Source of the DNA: an uncultured Bacteroidales bacterium
GTDB lineage: Bacteria > Bacteroidota > Bacteroidia > Bacteroidales > VadinHA17
DNA length: 64,000 nucleotides
Reading direction: 5' to 3'
Assembly: GCA_963846335.1 (NCBI GenBank)
Contig: CAWJVS010000004.1
Span: 5,769-69,768, forward strand
In this document: piece after piece, positions 43,797-52,747 of the stretch
How the letters are laid out: each line of letters opens with the position of its first letter
Numbering within the stretch: the first letter of the stretch is position 1
Notes under the pieces: generated by a model
What the model saw: the letters and a program-made list of their open reading frames with translations, nothing else
What the model was told of the DNA's origin: nothing
Databases searched by the model: none
Program-made: the position numbers and the translations under genes

Positions 43797-45173
43797 ATGT
43801 CGAAAAGGAATTATTCAAGACGTGAATTTGTAAAACAAAATTCAATGGCTGGACTTGGTGCAGCCGTCGCAATGGGCATGGCACCAAATCTGCTGTCCGA
43901 TTATGTTTCAGATGCAGGCCTCCCTGCGATACTTGGAGGTCAGAAGATCAGGACAAAGGAATGGCCGGTATGGCCACAGTGGAAACCTGAAGCATATGAG
44001 GAACAGGTCCTTAAAGTCCTCAGAAGTGGCGTATGGTCACGTGCAAAAGTTGTTACCGAATTCGAAAATAAGTGGGCTGAAACGATTGGTACAAAGAGAT
44101 GTCTTGCAGTGGTCAACGGAACCAACGCATTGGTAACTACTGTTGTACAGCTGGACATTGGGGCAGGTGACGAAGTAATCGTTACTCCCTATACGTGGAT
44201 TTCCAGCATCCAGGCTGTGCTTATAGCCGGAGCAATGCCGGTATTTGCCGATGTGGATCCGGAAACTTACCAGATCGATCCTGCTAAAATTGAGGCCAAA
44301 ATCACATCGCGAACGAGGGCCATTATGCCTGTCCATATCCTCGGACTGCCTGCCGATATGGTAAAAATAATGGAGATAGCTAAAAAGCATAAACTCCTGG
44401 TAATAGAAGATTCCTGCCAGGCCTGGCTGGCTGAAATAGATCATAAGAAAGTAGGGACCTTTGGCAATGCAGGCTGTTTCAGTTTTCAGACTTCGAAACA
44501 TTTACCACTGGGAGAAGGGGGTGCTATAGTAAGCGATGATTCTGAATTAATTGACAGATGCTATTCCTATCATAATGTGGGTTTTCCTCATGGTGCAGTA
44601 ATCGGGGCAGTTGGTGCCGGGTCAGTCATGCTAGGCACTAAACTCCGCATTACTGAATATCAGGCTGCTGTCGGACTGGCACAGTTAGGAGTGCTCGACC
44701 AGCAGACCACTCTTCGAAATACAAATGCTGCCTACCTGAGGTCTCAGATAAAAGATATCCCCGGAATAAAACCATATAAACTTTATGAGAATGTAACGAG
44801 AGCAGCTTTCCATATGTTTGCCTTCCGTTATAAAAAGGAAGAATTCAAGGGTCTGACAAGGGATATGTTTCTTAAAGCTCTCACCGAAGAAGGAATTCCT
44901 AATTTAAGCGGATATGCACCATATCTGAATAAGCAACCTTACCTTCAGAATGCCTTCCAATCGAAAAATTTTAAAAGGATGTATCCGAAGGAAATGCTTG
45001 ATTTTGATAAATTTCAACAGGAAAATGCATGTCCCGAAAATGATGAATTATGCGCTGAGGCAGTCTGGCTTCAGCAAAATATGCTGCTGGCTGAAAAATC
45101 TGATCTGGATGATATTGCCTCTGCCATAGAAAGAATACGTAAGAATGCTGAAAAGATAAAGAACCTGAAATAG
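43797..45173 (+). CDS. DegT/DnrJ/EryC1/StrS PLP aminotransferase (copy 3), Tat signal
   Basis: SRREFVK, PVHILG, IEDSCQAW, FSFQTSK, GEGG. Confidence 0.9.
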   Translation: MSKRNYSRREFVKQNSMAGLGAAVAMGMAPNLLSDYVSDAGLPAILGGQKIRTKEWPVWPQWKPEAYEEQVLKVLRSGVWSRAKVVTEFENKWAETIGTKRCLAVVNGTNALVTTVVQLDIGAGDEVIVTPYTWISSIQAVLIAGAMPVFADVDPETYQIDPAKIEAKITSRTRAIMPVHILGLPADMVKIMEIAKKHKLLVIEDSCQAWLAEIDHKKVGTFGNAGCFSFQTSKHLPLGEGGAIVSDDSELIDRCYSYHNVGFPHGAVIGAVGAGSVMLGTKLRITEYQAAVGLAQLGVLDQQTTLRNTNAAYLRSQIKDIPGIKPYKLYENVTRAAFHMFAFRYKKEEFKGLTRDMFLKALTEEGIPNLSGYAPYLNKQPYLQNAFQSKNFKRMYPKEMLDFDKFQQENACPENDELCAEAVWLQQNMLLAEKSDLDDIASAIERIRKNAEKIKNLK

Positions 45174-45269
45174 TTGGTTTTATACAGAAAAATATCTTGA
45201 AAATCACATTTCCTTTTAAAAAACACAATAAACAGTTATGATAAGTACTCATCTATAAAATCAGTAATT

Positions 45270-46280
45270 ATGAAACGTAAAGAATTTTTTCAAAAAGGCC
45301 TGGCAACAAGTGCCCTTTTAGGATCTTCTGCATGGATCTCCGCTGCAGATGAAGTTCCACAGAATGATCAGAATAAAAAAACTCCATGGGGATATGATGT
45401 CAATTATGATGAGGTCAGAATTGAAAGAGATATGCCGGGGCAACCACATAAAGGTAAGGTGCTTCTGGCAATTCAGCCTCACTCAGATGATATTCCGCTT
45501 TCTGCAGGAGGATTGGTCGCAAAACTGCTGGCCGAAGGGTATACAGGATATCTCTGCTCAGTATCGGATGATTCCAGGGGATCGGGGACGTATGCCCAGA
45601 ACAGGCTTGACAATAAAAAGATAGCTGAGTATTATGGCATGAAAGGTTCGTTTGAATTACTGATGCCACATCATCAGATGGACAGCGTCGGCATTCAGGA
45701 TTTGAAACAAAGATTCATTTTTCTGATCAGAACCCTGAAAGTTGATACAATTGTCTCTATGGATCCGTGGGGTCATTATGAAGAAAATCCTGATCATTAC
45801 GTAACCGGTCGGGCTGTGGAAGCAGCAAGGTGGATCGCCGGGAATCAGGATTATCCGGAACATTTTGCAGCTGGATTCGGGCCCTATACGCCAAGAGAGA
45901 GATATTATTATTCAAGGGCCGGACAGACCAACAATCTGATTGTGGATATCAGCAGCTATATTGATAAGAAAATCGAAGTAAATATGCTGAATATCGCAAA
46001 GGGACCAGCCGGAAATAATGGGGTATTGCTCAGAGAAAGACTTGCCAAAGAGGGCAAAAAATTGCCTATGCTTGAAGGTGACGACTACAAAGCCAATTTC
46101 AATTATGCCAAAGAATTTGTCTTTACCCGCGAGAAAAAACTTGGTGCAAAGTATGGTTTGGGATGGGCTGAAGCATACCACTATATGAGTGAAATTCCAT
46201 TCGATAATTATACACAAAAAGGAACAAAGCCAGTAAATCCCGCTGTTGAGGACTATATAAAGAAAAATGCCCTTGCCTAA
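45270..46280 (+). CDS. PIG-L/LmbE family de-N-acylase (copy 5, Tat-like signal)
   Basis: MKRKEFFQKG; PHSDD, ENPDH; closest to copy 4. Confidence 0.85.
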   Translation: MKRKEFFQKGLATSALLGSSAWISAADEVPQNDQNKKTPWGYDVNYDEVRIERDMPGQPHKGKVLLAIQPHSDDIPLSAGGLVAKLLAEGYTGYLCSVSDDSRGSGTYAQNRLDNKKIAEYYGMKGSFELLMPHHQMDSVGIQDLKQRFIFLIRTLKVDTIVSMDPWGHYEENPDHYVTGRAVEAARWIAGNQDYPEHFAAGFGPYTPRERYYYSRAGQTNNLIVDISSYIDKKIEVNMLNIAKGPAGNNGVLLRERLAKEGKKLPMLEGDDYKANFNYAKEFVFTREKKLGAKYGLGWAEAYHYMSEIPFDNYTQKGTKPVNPAVEDYIKKNALA

Positions 46281-46380
46281 ATAGTTACTGGCAAGAATAA
46301 AAATGAACAGCCTGATTCTCCATCCTGCTCATACTGAGCCGGTAATATCTTTGACATTATAACCGAAATAATAGCAGTTT

Positions 46381-47869
46381 ATGAAAAGATTTTTACAACA
46401 TATTGCTGAATATAACAGGAAGCAGGAGGCCGCCGAAGCAGAAGCTATGAGGACTGAAATTGAAAATCCTTCGACAGGCAAAAACCGCCGTGAATTTCTT
46501 AAAAAGGCAGCTCTGGGAGGCATCGCGTTAGGCGGCATGATGCATATGTCACTGGAAGATACTATAGCCCAGACCACCTCGAAGGTTCAGCGTGCTTCAA
46601 ATCCGTCTGACCTGAAAATCACGGATCTTCGCTATGCTTTAACTACGATCCTTGGTGGTACAGCTATCATACGCATTGATACAAACCAGGGTATCTATGG
46701 ACTGGGAGAGGTGAGAGACGGAGCGGATCCTCGTTATGCTCTTATGCTTAAAAGCCGGATCCTTGGTCTTAATCCTTGCAATGTTGAGATGATCTTCAAG
46801 ATAATAAGGCAATATGGGCATCACGGACGGCAGGGAGGCGGAGTATGCGGAGTGGAAATGGCCCTGTGGGATCTGTGCGGCAAGGCATATGGAGTACCTG
46901 CATGGCAGCTCCTTGGCGGAAGGTATCGTAACAAAATAAGATTGTATGCGGATACCCCAACGCATGATTCTCCTGAGGAGCAGCTGAAACTGATCAGATT
47001 CAGAACTGAGGACCAGGGATATACATGGCTTAAGATGGATGTTTCAATTGAGGAGATCAGAAAAATACCAGAAACTCTTGTGAACACAAAATTCTGGGAT
47101 GGAGCACAGGGTCAGTATGATATGAGAGATTATATGTCATACGGAAACACAAAACATCCTTTCACACAGATACAGATCACGGATAAAGGTCTGGATGAAC
47201 TCGCAAAAATAGTGGATCGTGTGCGCAATATGGTAGGGTATGAAATACCAATTTCCACTGACCATTACGGCCATTTCGATCTGAACAATGGCATCCGGCT
47301 GGGTAAAGCCCTTGAGAAATACAGACTGGCATGGATGGAGGATATTGTCTCATGGGAACTGACTGACCAGTGGAAGACACTCTCTGATGCGCTGGAAACA
47401 CCTATGCTTACCGGTGAAGATATTTATCTTCTGAATGGATTTAAACCGCTGATAGATACCCATGCCGTTGACATTGTTCATCCTGATCTGTCTACCTCCG
47501 GTGGCCTGTCTAGAGACGAAGAGAATTGGTGATTATGCTGAAGAACACGGTATTGCAATGGCGATGCACCAGGCCGGTACTCCAGTATCATTCATGGCGA
47601 ATGTGCATTGTGCCGCTGCAACACAGAATTTCCTTGCACTTGAACATCATAGTGTTGACCTTCCCTGGTGGGAAAGCCTTGTTAAGATGACAGGCAGCCA
47701 GCCAATGATTACGAAAGGATATGCCAATCTGCCACTTGATGCACCTGGTCTTGGAATCGAACTGAACGAGGAGGTTGTGAAACAGCATCTGAGTCCGAAA
47801 GACAAAGGATTCTTCGAACCCACCCCTGAGTGGAATGAAAAACGTTCACATGACAGGCTCTGGAGTTAG
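46381..47869 (+). CDS. enolase-superfamily enzyme (copy 3), Tat-like signal; frameshift near 47508
   Basis: NRREFLKK, WLKMD, TDHYGH, WMED, TGED, PDL, ALEHH, PGLGIELNE. Confidence 0.88.
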
Positions 47870-47908
47870 TGCCGAATAACTGAGCTCAGGCTTTACCCGG
47901 CAGAAAAG

Positions 47909-48736
47909 TCAGGTTATGGACTCTATCTGGGCTTTTACATTATCCGGTTCAAAAACTCTGCGCCAGTCTTCTTTGATAAACTCTTTCAGACCACGCTGGA
48001 GAGCCTTATTGGCAGCATCTGAGAAAACAGCGCCTGGCAGTTCATTGAATAACACTGCCATCTGTATTCTCAGGTGCCCGAGCAGGAAATCGCGGGCTGC
48101 ATCAGGAGGGACTCCCCTTTTTATTACTTCGTCCAGTCCCTGGCGTATCACATACACACATGTTGAGGCAAGAGTCTCAACCAGTGCAGGTTCGAGAAGC
48201 CCCATCTGTTCAACAGTGATCCGGTGGGAACGGTATATAGGACCATAAAAAGTTCGTGCAAGCTTTTCGCCCCTGATATAGTCTTCATCATTACCGCTCA
48301 TTAAGGCACATACAATAGACTGTTTTGCTGCCACACCGCCGAAATGGTCTTTCATCTTCTCTTCGTCTGCCTCCCAGTTGAAGATTGAAGGATGTGCCGG
48401 ATGGGTAATGAAATAGGCGACATCAGATCTATGGTACAGCTTCCCTGCAAGTGCCGCGGCTGGATCAAGGGTTACAACAAGAGCTCCGCTTCCCATCATT
48501 GGAATCATCTCCCTAGAAACGAATGAAAGCGCTACGTCCGGCACAGCCAGGATCACTATGTCGGCCCCGGGAATACAATCCACCGCATTACTTACCATAA
48601 TACCTTTTTCCCCAAGCCTTTCCATTCCCTGAGGGCTTATCTCAAGGTATGACATCTCATAATCTGAGTTTTTAAGATTCTGGGTCAGACGGACTCCCAT
48701 CTTACCTCCGGCACCTGCTAAAACGACTTTTGTCAT
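47909..48736 (-). CDS. apnO: D-apionate oxidoisomerase
   Basis: GAGGKMG.RL..NL, LAVPD, LDPAA, THP.HP..F, D.FGG..AKQ.IVCALM.G, LEPAL.E, AARDFLLGH, FSDA match the family; lies next to apsD. Confidence 0.82.
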   Translation of the reverse strand: MTKVVLAGAGGKMGVRLTQNLKNSDYEMSYLEISPQGMERLGEKGIMVSNAVDCIPGADIVILAVPDVALSFVSREMIPMMGSGALVVTLDPAAALAGKLYHRSDVAYFITHPAHPSIFNWEADEEKMKDHFGGVAAKQSIVCALMSGNDEDYIRGEKLARTFYGPIYRSHRITVEQMGLLEPALVETLASTCVYVIRQGLDEVIKRGVPPDAARDFLLGHLRIQMAVLFNELPGAVFSDAANKALQRGLKEFIKEDWRRVFEPDNVKAQIESIT

Positions 48737-48786
48737 GGTTTGATATTTGAAGGGTTATTTACTATCGAAGCTTCTACCTTATCATT

Positions 48787-48882
48787 CTCTGTGTGACTCT
48801 GTGCATCCTCTGTGGATCTCTGTGTAACAGTAAGTTAAGAACTTACACAGAGGGCACAGAGGTGGCACAGAGTTCCACTGAG
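48787..48882. repeat. palindromic element: 4x CTCTGTG then 3x CACAGAG plus CACTGAG
   Basis: heptamers at about 10-11 bp spacing flanking taacagtaagttaagaactta. Confidence 0.85.
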
Positions 48883-48944
48883 GACTTTTTCAACCGCACC
48901 CTGGGATGGGGGTATATAGCATATAAAATAAATCCCAATTCATT

Positions 48945-49979
48945 TTATTTAAAATCCTTCACTCTGATCTTCTCCCCTGTTGCGGCGGAATCGTAACTGG
49001 CCCATACCAGCCTTACCGTTTCGAGGTTATCCTCCCCACTGTTTTCTGCTTTCACCTTCCCCTGAATACTTTCCAGTATATTCCGGTTCAAATGTATTCC
49101 GCTCTCATGGTTAACAATATAATCAGGATCTGCCCATGAATATGATGGGAACTCCACAATTTCTGATTTCGTTCCCTCACGTGTAGTGGTCCGTATTTCA
49201 AATTCCGGCCCCAGAAATACTGAACCCTTTTCTCCCTCAACCAGGACATACAGTGTTGAAAATGAATCATGTTCAACAATGGAAGCATATGACATTTCAG
49301 TATAAACAGGCATTCCGTTGTTCATCTCCATGAGTATAACTGCAAGATCCTCTCCCTTTATTTTCTTATTGACTGCTCTTGTCTGGCACCATAACGAGTC
49401 ACACTCACCAAAGAGGAATCGAACAACATCAAGAACATGCGAACCCATATCAGTCAGAATAAAATGATCGAGTTCCATAAGAAATGGCTGGTTATCAAAC
49501 ACCGGAAAACCTGAAAGGAATGAGACCCTGGCTTTGAACGGCTTTCCGATAACGCCGGAATCAACTATCTGCTTAAATCTTCTGACAGGAGCCTGCCAGC
49601 GATAGTTCTCATGGATATAAAGATTGGCTCCGGAGGATTTGCATAAACTCACCATCTTCTTCGCGGTTTCAAAATCCGGAGCCATTGGTTTCTGACAAAT
49701 AATATGCTTAATGTCTTTGTTTACAGCCATTTCCACAAAATGTGCATGAGTATCAACATCTGTAATAATATCGACAAAATCCAGTTGTTCTTTTTCAAAG
49801 AGCTCTTCCGGATCATCATAGATCCTTTGAATATTGTAGTAAGCCGCAATTTTCTGTGCCCTGGAAATGGTACGGTTATAAACAGCAACGAGCTCAACTC
49901 CATCAAGCTCACTCCATGCACCTATCTGGAATTTGGACCAGAATCCGCAGCCAAGAACTGCAAATTTTAATTTTTCCAT
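48945..49979 (-). CDS. apsD: D-apiose dehydrogenase (Gfo/Idh/MocA)
   Basis: GCGFW...Q..AW, DFVDIIT, ICQKP.A, HENYRWQ.P, SF.SGF.VF..QP.L, D.G.H.LD, VN.KIKGED.A, SGEDNL.T; apiose gene context. Confidence 0.75.
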   Translation of the reverse strand: MEKLKFAVLGCGFWSKFQIGAWSELDGVELVAVYNRTISRAQKIAAYYNIQRIYDDPEELFEKEQLDFVDIITDVDTHAHFVEMAVNKDIKHIICQKPMAPDFETAKKMVSLCKSSGANLYIHENYRWQAPVRRFKQIVDSGVIGKPFKARVSFLSGFPVFDNQPFLMELDHFILTDMGSHVLDVVRFLFGECDSLWCQTRAVNKKIKGEDLAVILMEMNNGMPVYTEMSYASIVEHDSFSTLYVLVEGEKGSVFLGPEFEIRTTTREGTKSEIVEFPSYSWADPDYIVNHESGIHLNRNILESIQGKVKAENSGEDNLETVRLVWASYDSAATGEKIRVKDFK

Positions 49980-50036
49980 ATGTAAATTTAATATTATTCT
50001 GATTTTAAAAATTAGATAAAATTTTTTACCCTTTTG

Positions 50037-50109
50037 ACCCCCATCCTAGCCTTCCCCCAGGGGGGAAGGAACAAAACCTTTCCCCCTTGGGGGAAATTAG
50101 AAAGGGGGT
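50037..50109. repeat. two-hairpin REP-like element, copy 1
   Basis: ACCCCC..CCTTCCCCCAGGGGGGAAGG..TTTCCCCCTTGGGGGAAA..AAAGGGGGT; second copy at 53940. Confidence 0.85.
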
Positions 50110-50186
50110 AAAAGGTCTCATAAATTGAATAAATTTATTACCTAAATACTTATCTATAGCGCGATTGGAATGCAGATCAACGCAGA

Positions 50187-50996
50187 TCATCTGAAGATAT
50201 GTTTTAAATAATTAATGCTTTCCGAAGCCCATTTTTCCTCTTTGAGAATCGTATCTTCAATTGCAGACTCAGGAGGTGTCCAGAGTTCAAGGATTGCAGA
50301 TTGGCATCGTCCGCTTTCCGAAAGGGCTGAAACCAACCTTGAAATATTAAGCATTCCCTGCCCTGCCGGTCTGCCTTCAATAACAAGTCCCATCTTGTGT
50401 GAGACCCTGAAAATTGCAAAGTCTTTAATATGTAAATTAATTGTATATGGAATCAGTATTTCCGAAACAGTCTCAAAGCCCTCTCCCGCCCCCATGGAGT
50501 TAACAGAATCGAGGCAGATACCAACCCATTCAGATCCGACATCCTGAATGATTCTCTCAAACTCACGTGCTTTAAACCTGTCATGATTTTCAATGGCAAG
50601 CTTAATCTTTCTCGATTTGAATTCAGGTACTAATTGCTTTATTGTGTTTATGATAGTTTCCAGATCAGGCTCATACCCTGCTCCGTCTATAACCATTCTA
50701 AGGATCGGTGAGTTCAGTGTTTTTGCCGCCTCAAGGCATTTTATTGTATGCTCCGGGGTCAGGCCTCTGCCTCCCATCTCAATTTCTATTTCTTTATCTG
50801 CAGCAAATTTTCGAAGATTGGTGAGTTCACTCTGGTTCATCATTTCCAGTGGCAGATTATCGGCAATCTGAACAAGGTTCAACCCTGATACCGCTGCTCT
50901 TCCAACCAGATCAAAGGCAGATAATTGTTTTGAAGGTATAGAACCCGGAACCCCAACAGCCCAGGTATAAGTATATGATGATAATCCTAAACGCAT
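50187..50996 (-). CDS. oiaC: 3-oxo-isoapionate decarboxylase-like xylose-isomerase TIM barrel
   Basis: GLSSY...W, VQI.D, E.G.RGL...H, GICLD..N, NLHIKDF, G.G.L, ILE.W.P; upstream of apsD-apnO on the same strand. Confidence 0.65.
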   Translation of the reverse strand: MRLGLSSYTYTWAVGVPGSIPSKQLSAFDLVGRAAVSGLNLVQIADNLPLEMMNQSELTNLRKFAADKEIEIEMGGRGLTPEHTIKCLEAAKTLNSPILRMVIDGAGYEPDLETIINTIKQLVPEFKSRKIKLAIENHDRFKAREFERIIQDVGSEWVGICLDSVNSMGAGEGFETVSEILIPYTINLHIKDFAIFRVSHKMGLVIEGRPAGQGMLNISRLVSALSESGRCQSAILELWTPPESAIEDTILKEEKWASESINYLKHIFR

Positions 50997-51001
50997 AAGA
51001 A

Positions 51002-52435
51002 CTATTTCTTTGTGCCGGGGGCGTGATATTTTTTTGAAGCATCATCGAGTACCAGTATCCAATCCAGGTTTTCACCAGGTGTAGGAGTATTGAAGGTTTG
51101 AGTGCCTGTATTGGAATACCTGGCTATCTCTTTTGCTTCACCGTTTCGGGGATTGAACCACCAGGCAACAACATCCTTTCCTTTAATTGCATCCATCCGG
51201 ACTGAAAACTTTCTGCCGGCAGGAACATATATCATTGCATAGGTTCCGGCTTCATCACGTGTGGCAACATATCTGTACAATCCGTTGCCCGGGACGGATG
51301 AAATTATCTTATCATTTACAATTATCGAATTATCAGGGATTCTTGTAATGAAGGGTCTCGACTCCATAAGAAGTCGTCCGTACATCATCTGTCCGGCCCC
51401 CGGCTGATCAATGGCTTCATACCATGGCATAAGAGGCCTGTTGACCGGGTTTTTATCAGGAGCATACATCTGCCATACTGAATGATGTCCGTAAGTATGT
51501 CCGAAGGCTCCGCTGAAGAGATCCCAGTAAAGTGGCCTGCGTACATCAGCTGCAGTTGAATGGCCATTCTGATCCGGATTGAAGTTAACGGGATGATCTT
51601 CATAGATTGGTTCACCGTCAATTACAGGCTTTACAGGTTCAAGCTTATAGTCGTCATAAGTCATTGAATAGCGTTCGTTATAACTGAGGCTGTGTCCGTT
51701 CTGACGCATGTTGAAGTCGAGCCATGTCTCATTGTGAAAATATTCTGATGAGCCATGACCTCCGGTTGGATGAAAAGTCATGAGGTGAGAACCACCATCA
51801 CCCTCTTTCAAGCCTTCAGCCATAGCGCAGACAGTCTGCCTCTGGATCCCAAGCTCAACAGCTCTGTCACCTCCCATTATCCAGATAATGTTGGGATAAT
51901 CCCGGTACCTGGTACCTAATATTTTACCATAAGCTTTTGCATTTTCAGGATTGAAGATCTGAGGTCCCTCTCCCCACATCCTGTTCCACTTATCACCCCA
52001 TGTTGGAAGCAAACCGATATAAATACCTTTTTCTCCTGCTTTTTTGATGACCCAGTCAACATGCTGCCAGTAAGCTTCATTAAGTTTCAGAGGATCATTA
52101 TTGATGAGAGGTTTATTGCCTTCTGCATTGGGTGCGTTTAACCCGTTGAGTTCAGCAAGTGCAACGGACTGGATAACAGTAAATCCCTTAGCACGGCGGT
52201 TTTCGAGATATTTCTCGGCATCTTCTTTATTCAATCGATGGAAGAGCTCCCATCCGGTATCACCGAGGTAGAAGAACGGAGTTCCATCTTCGTGAACAAG
52301 AAATCTTTTATTTTCTGAAACCTTTAGTTTCCCATGGGAGAAATCTGCAGAGGGACCGATCCAGGGCTTTTCCTGGGCAGCAGAGAGAAATGCTATAGAC
52401 AATAATGCAATTACTGAGGTAAATAGTTTTATCAT
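51002..52435 (-). CDS. GH140 apiosidase-like protein (DUF4038 plus collagen-binding-like C-terminal domain)
   Basis: [57 protein letters not shown]...VW, WFNPR.G, DW.LVL. Confidence 0.88.
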   Translation of the reverse strand: MIKLFTSVIALLSIAFLSAAQEKPWIGPSADFSHGKLKVSENKRFLVHEDGTPFFYLGDTGWELFHRLNKEDAEKYLENRRAKGFTVIQSVALAELNGLNAPNAEGNKPLINNDPLKLNEAYWQHVDWVIKKAGEKGIYIGLLPTWGDKWNRMWGEGPQIFNPENAKAYGKILGTRYRDYPNIIWIMGGDRAVELGIQRQTVCAMAEGLKEGDGGSHLMTFHPTGGHGSSEYFHNETWLDFNMRQNGHSLSYNERYSMTYDDYKLEPVKPVIDGEPIYEDHPVNFNPDQNGHSTAADVRRPLYWDLFSGAFGHTYGHHSVWQMYAPDKNPVNRPLMPWYEAIDQPGAGQMMYGRLLMESRPFITRIPDNSIIVNDKIISSVPGNGLYRYVATRDEAGTYAMIYVPAGRKFSVRMDAIKGKDVVAWWFNPRNGEAKEIARYSNTGTQTFNTPTPGENLDWILVLDDASKKYHAPGTKK

Positions 52436-52520
52436 AAAGTCATATTTAAAATATTTCAAATCTATCTTTAATTAATCACATGAACTTACCCACTAAGCGT
52501 TCTCTCCATTAAATCAGCTT

Positions 52521-52743
52521 CACCCCGATCCATCTCCGACTAAGCCTCTCCCTAAATCCCTCTCCCAGGGGAGAGGGACTTGAAGAACCTTACTTAATTG
52601 TTCTTTCTCACTTTCTCACTTTCCCCCTTCCCCCTTTCTCCCCCGGGAGAAGGGCTAATACCCTGATTAACATTTCCTTCCCCCCTTCTCCCCCGGGAGA
52701 AGGGGCCGGGGGATGAGGCTAACGGAAGAGAAGGGGATGGGGT
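52521..52743. repeat. nested GC-rich REP-like hairpin cluster
   Basis: AGCCTC..CCCTCTCCCAGGGGAGAGGG; CTTTCTCA x2; TTCTCCCCCGGGAGAAGGG x2; ..GGGGATGAGGCT; outer CACCCC..GGGGT. Confidence 0.75.
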
Positions 52744-52747
52744 AGTT

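Noticed and set aside
39726-46280. Assembly-duplicated sequence explaining the five PIG-L copies
   Set aside because: Copies differ extensively at synonymous sites and in leader and lid regions, so they are true paralogs
18059-47869. Aminoglycoside or O-antigen biosynthetic cluster (DegT + PIG-L + Gfo/Idh/MocA resemble btr/neo or wbp genes)
   Set aside because: No glycosyltransferase, DOI synthase, nucleotidyltransferase, flippase or resistance gene; the enzymes carry export signals and surround an importer (SusCD)
48787-48882. CRISPR array or simple tandem repeat
   Set aside because: Units are 7 bp with 2-4 bp gaps in inverted arms; no 25-40 bp repeats with unique spacers and no cas genes
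50160-50193. GCAGAT direct repeat (TGCAGATCAACGCAGATCATCTG) at the oiaC stop
   Set aside because: Too short to distinguish from chance
52521-52743. G-quadruplex or ncRNA gene
   Set aside because: The G-runs are paired with complementary C-runs in hairpins and match the REP-like architecture; no recognisable RNA family
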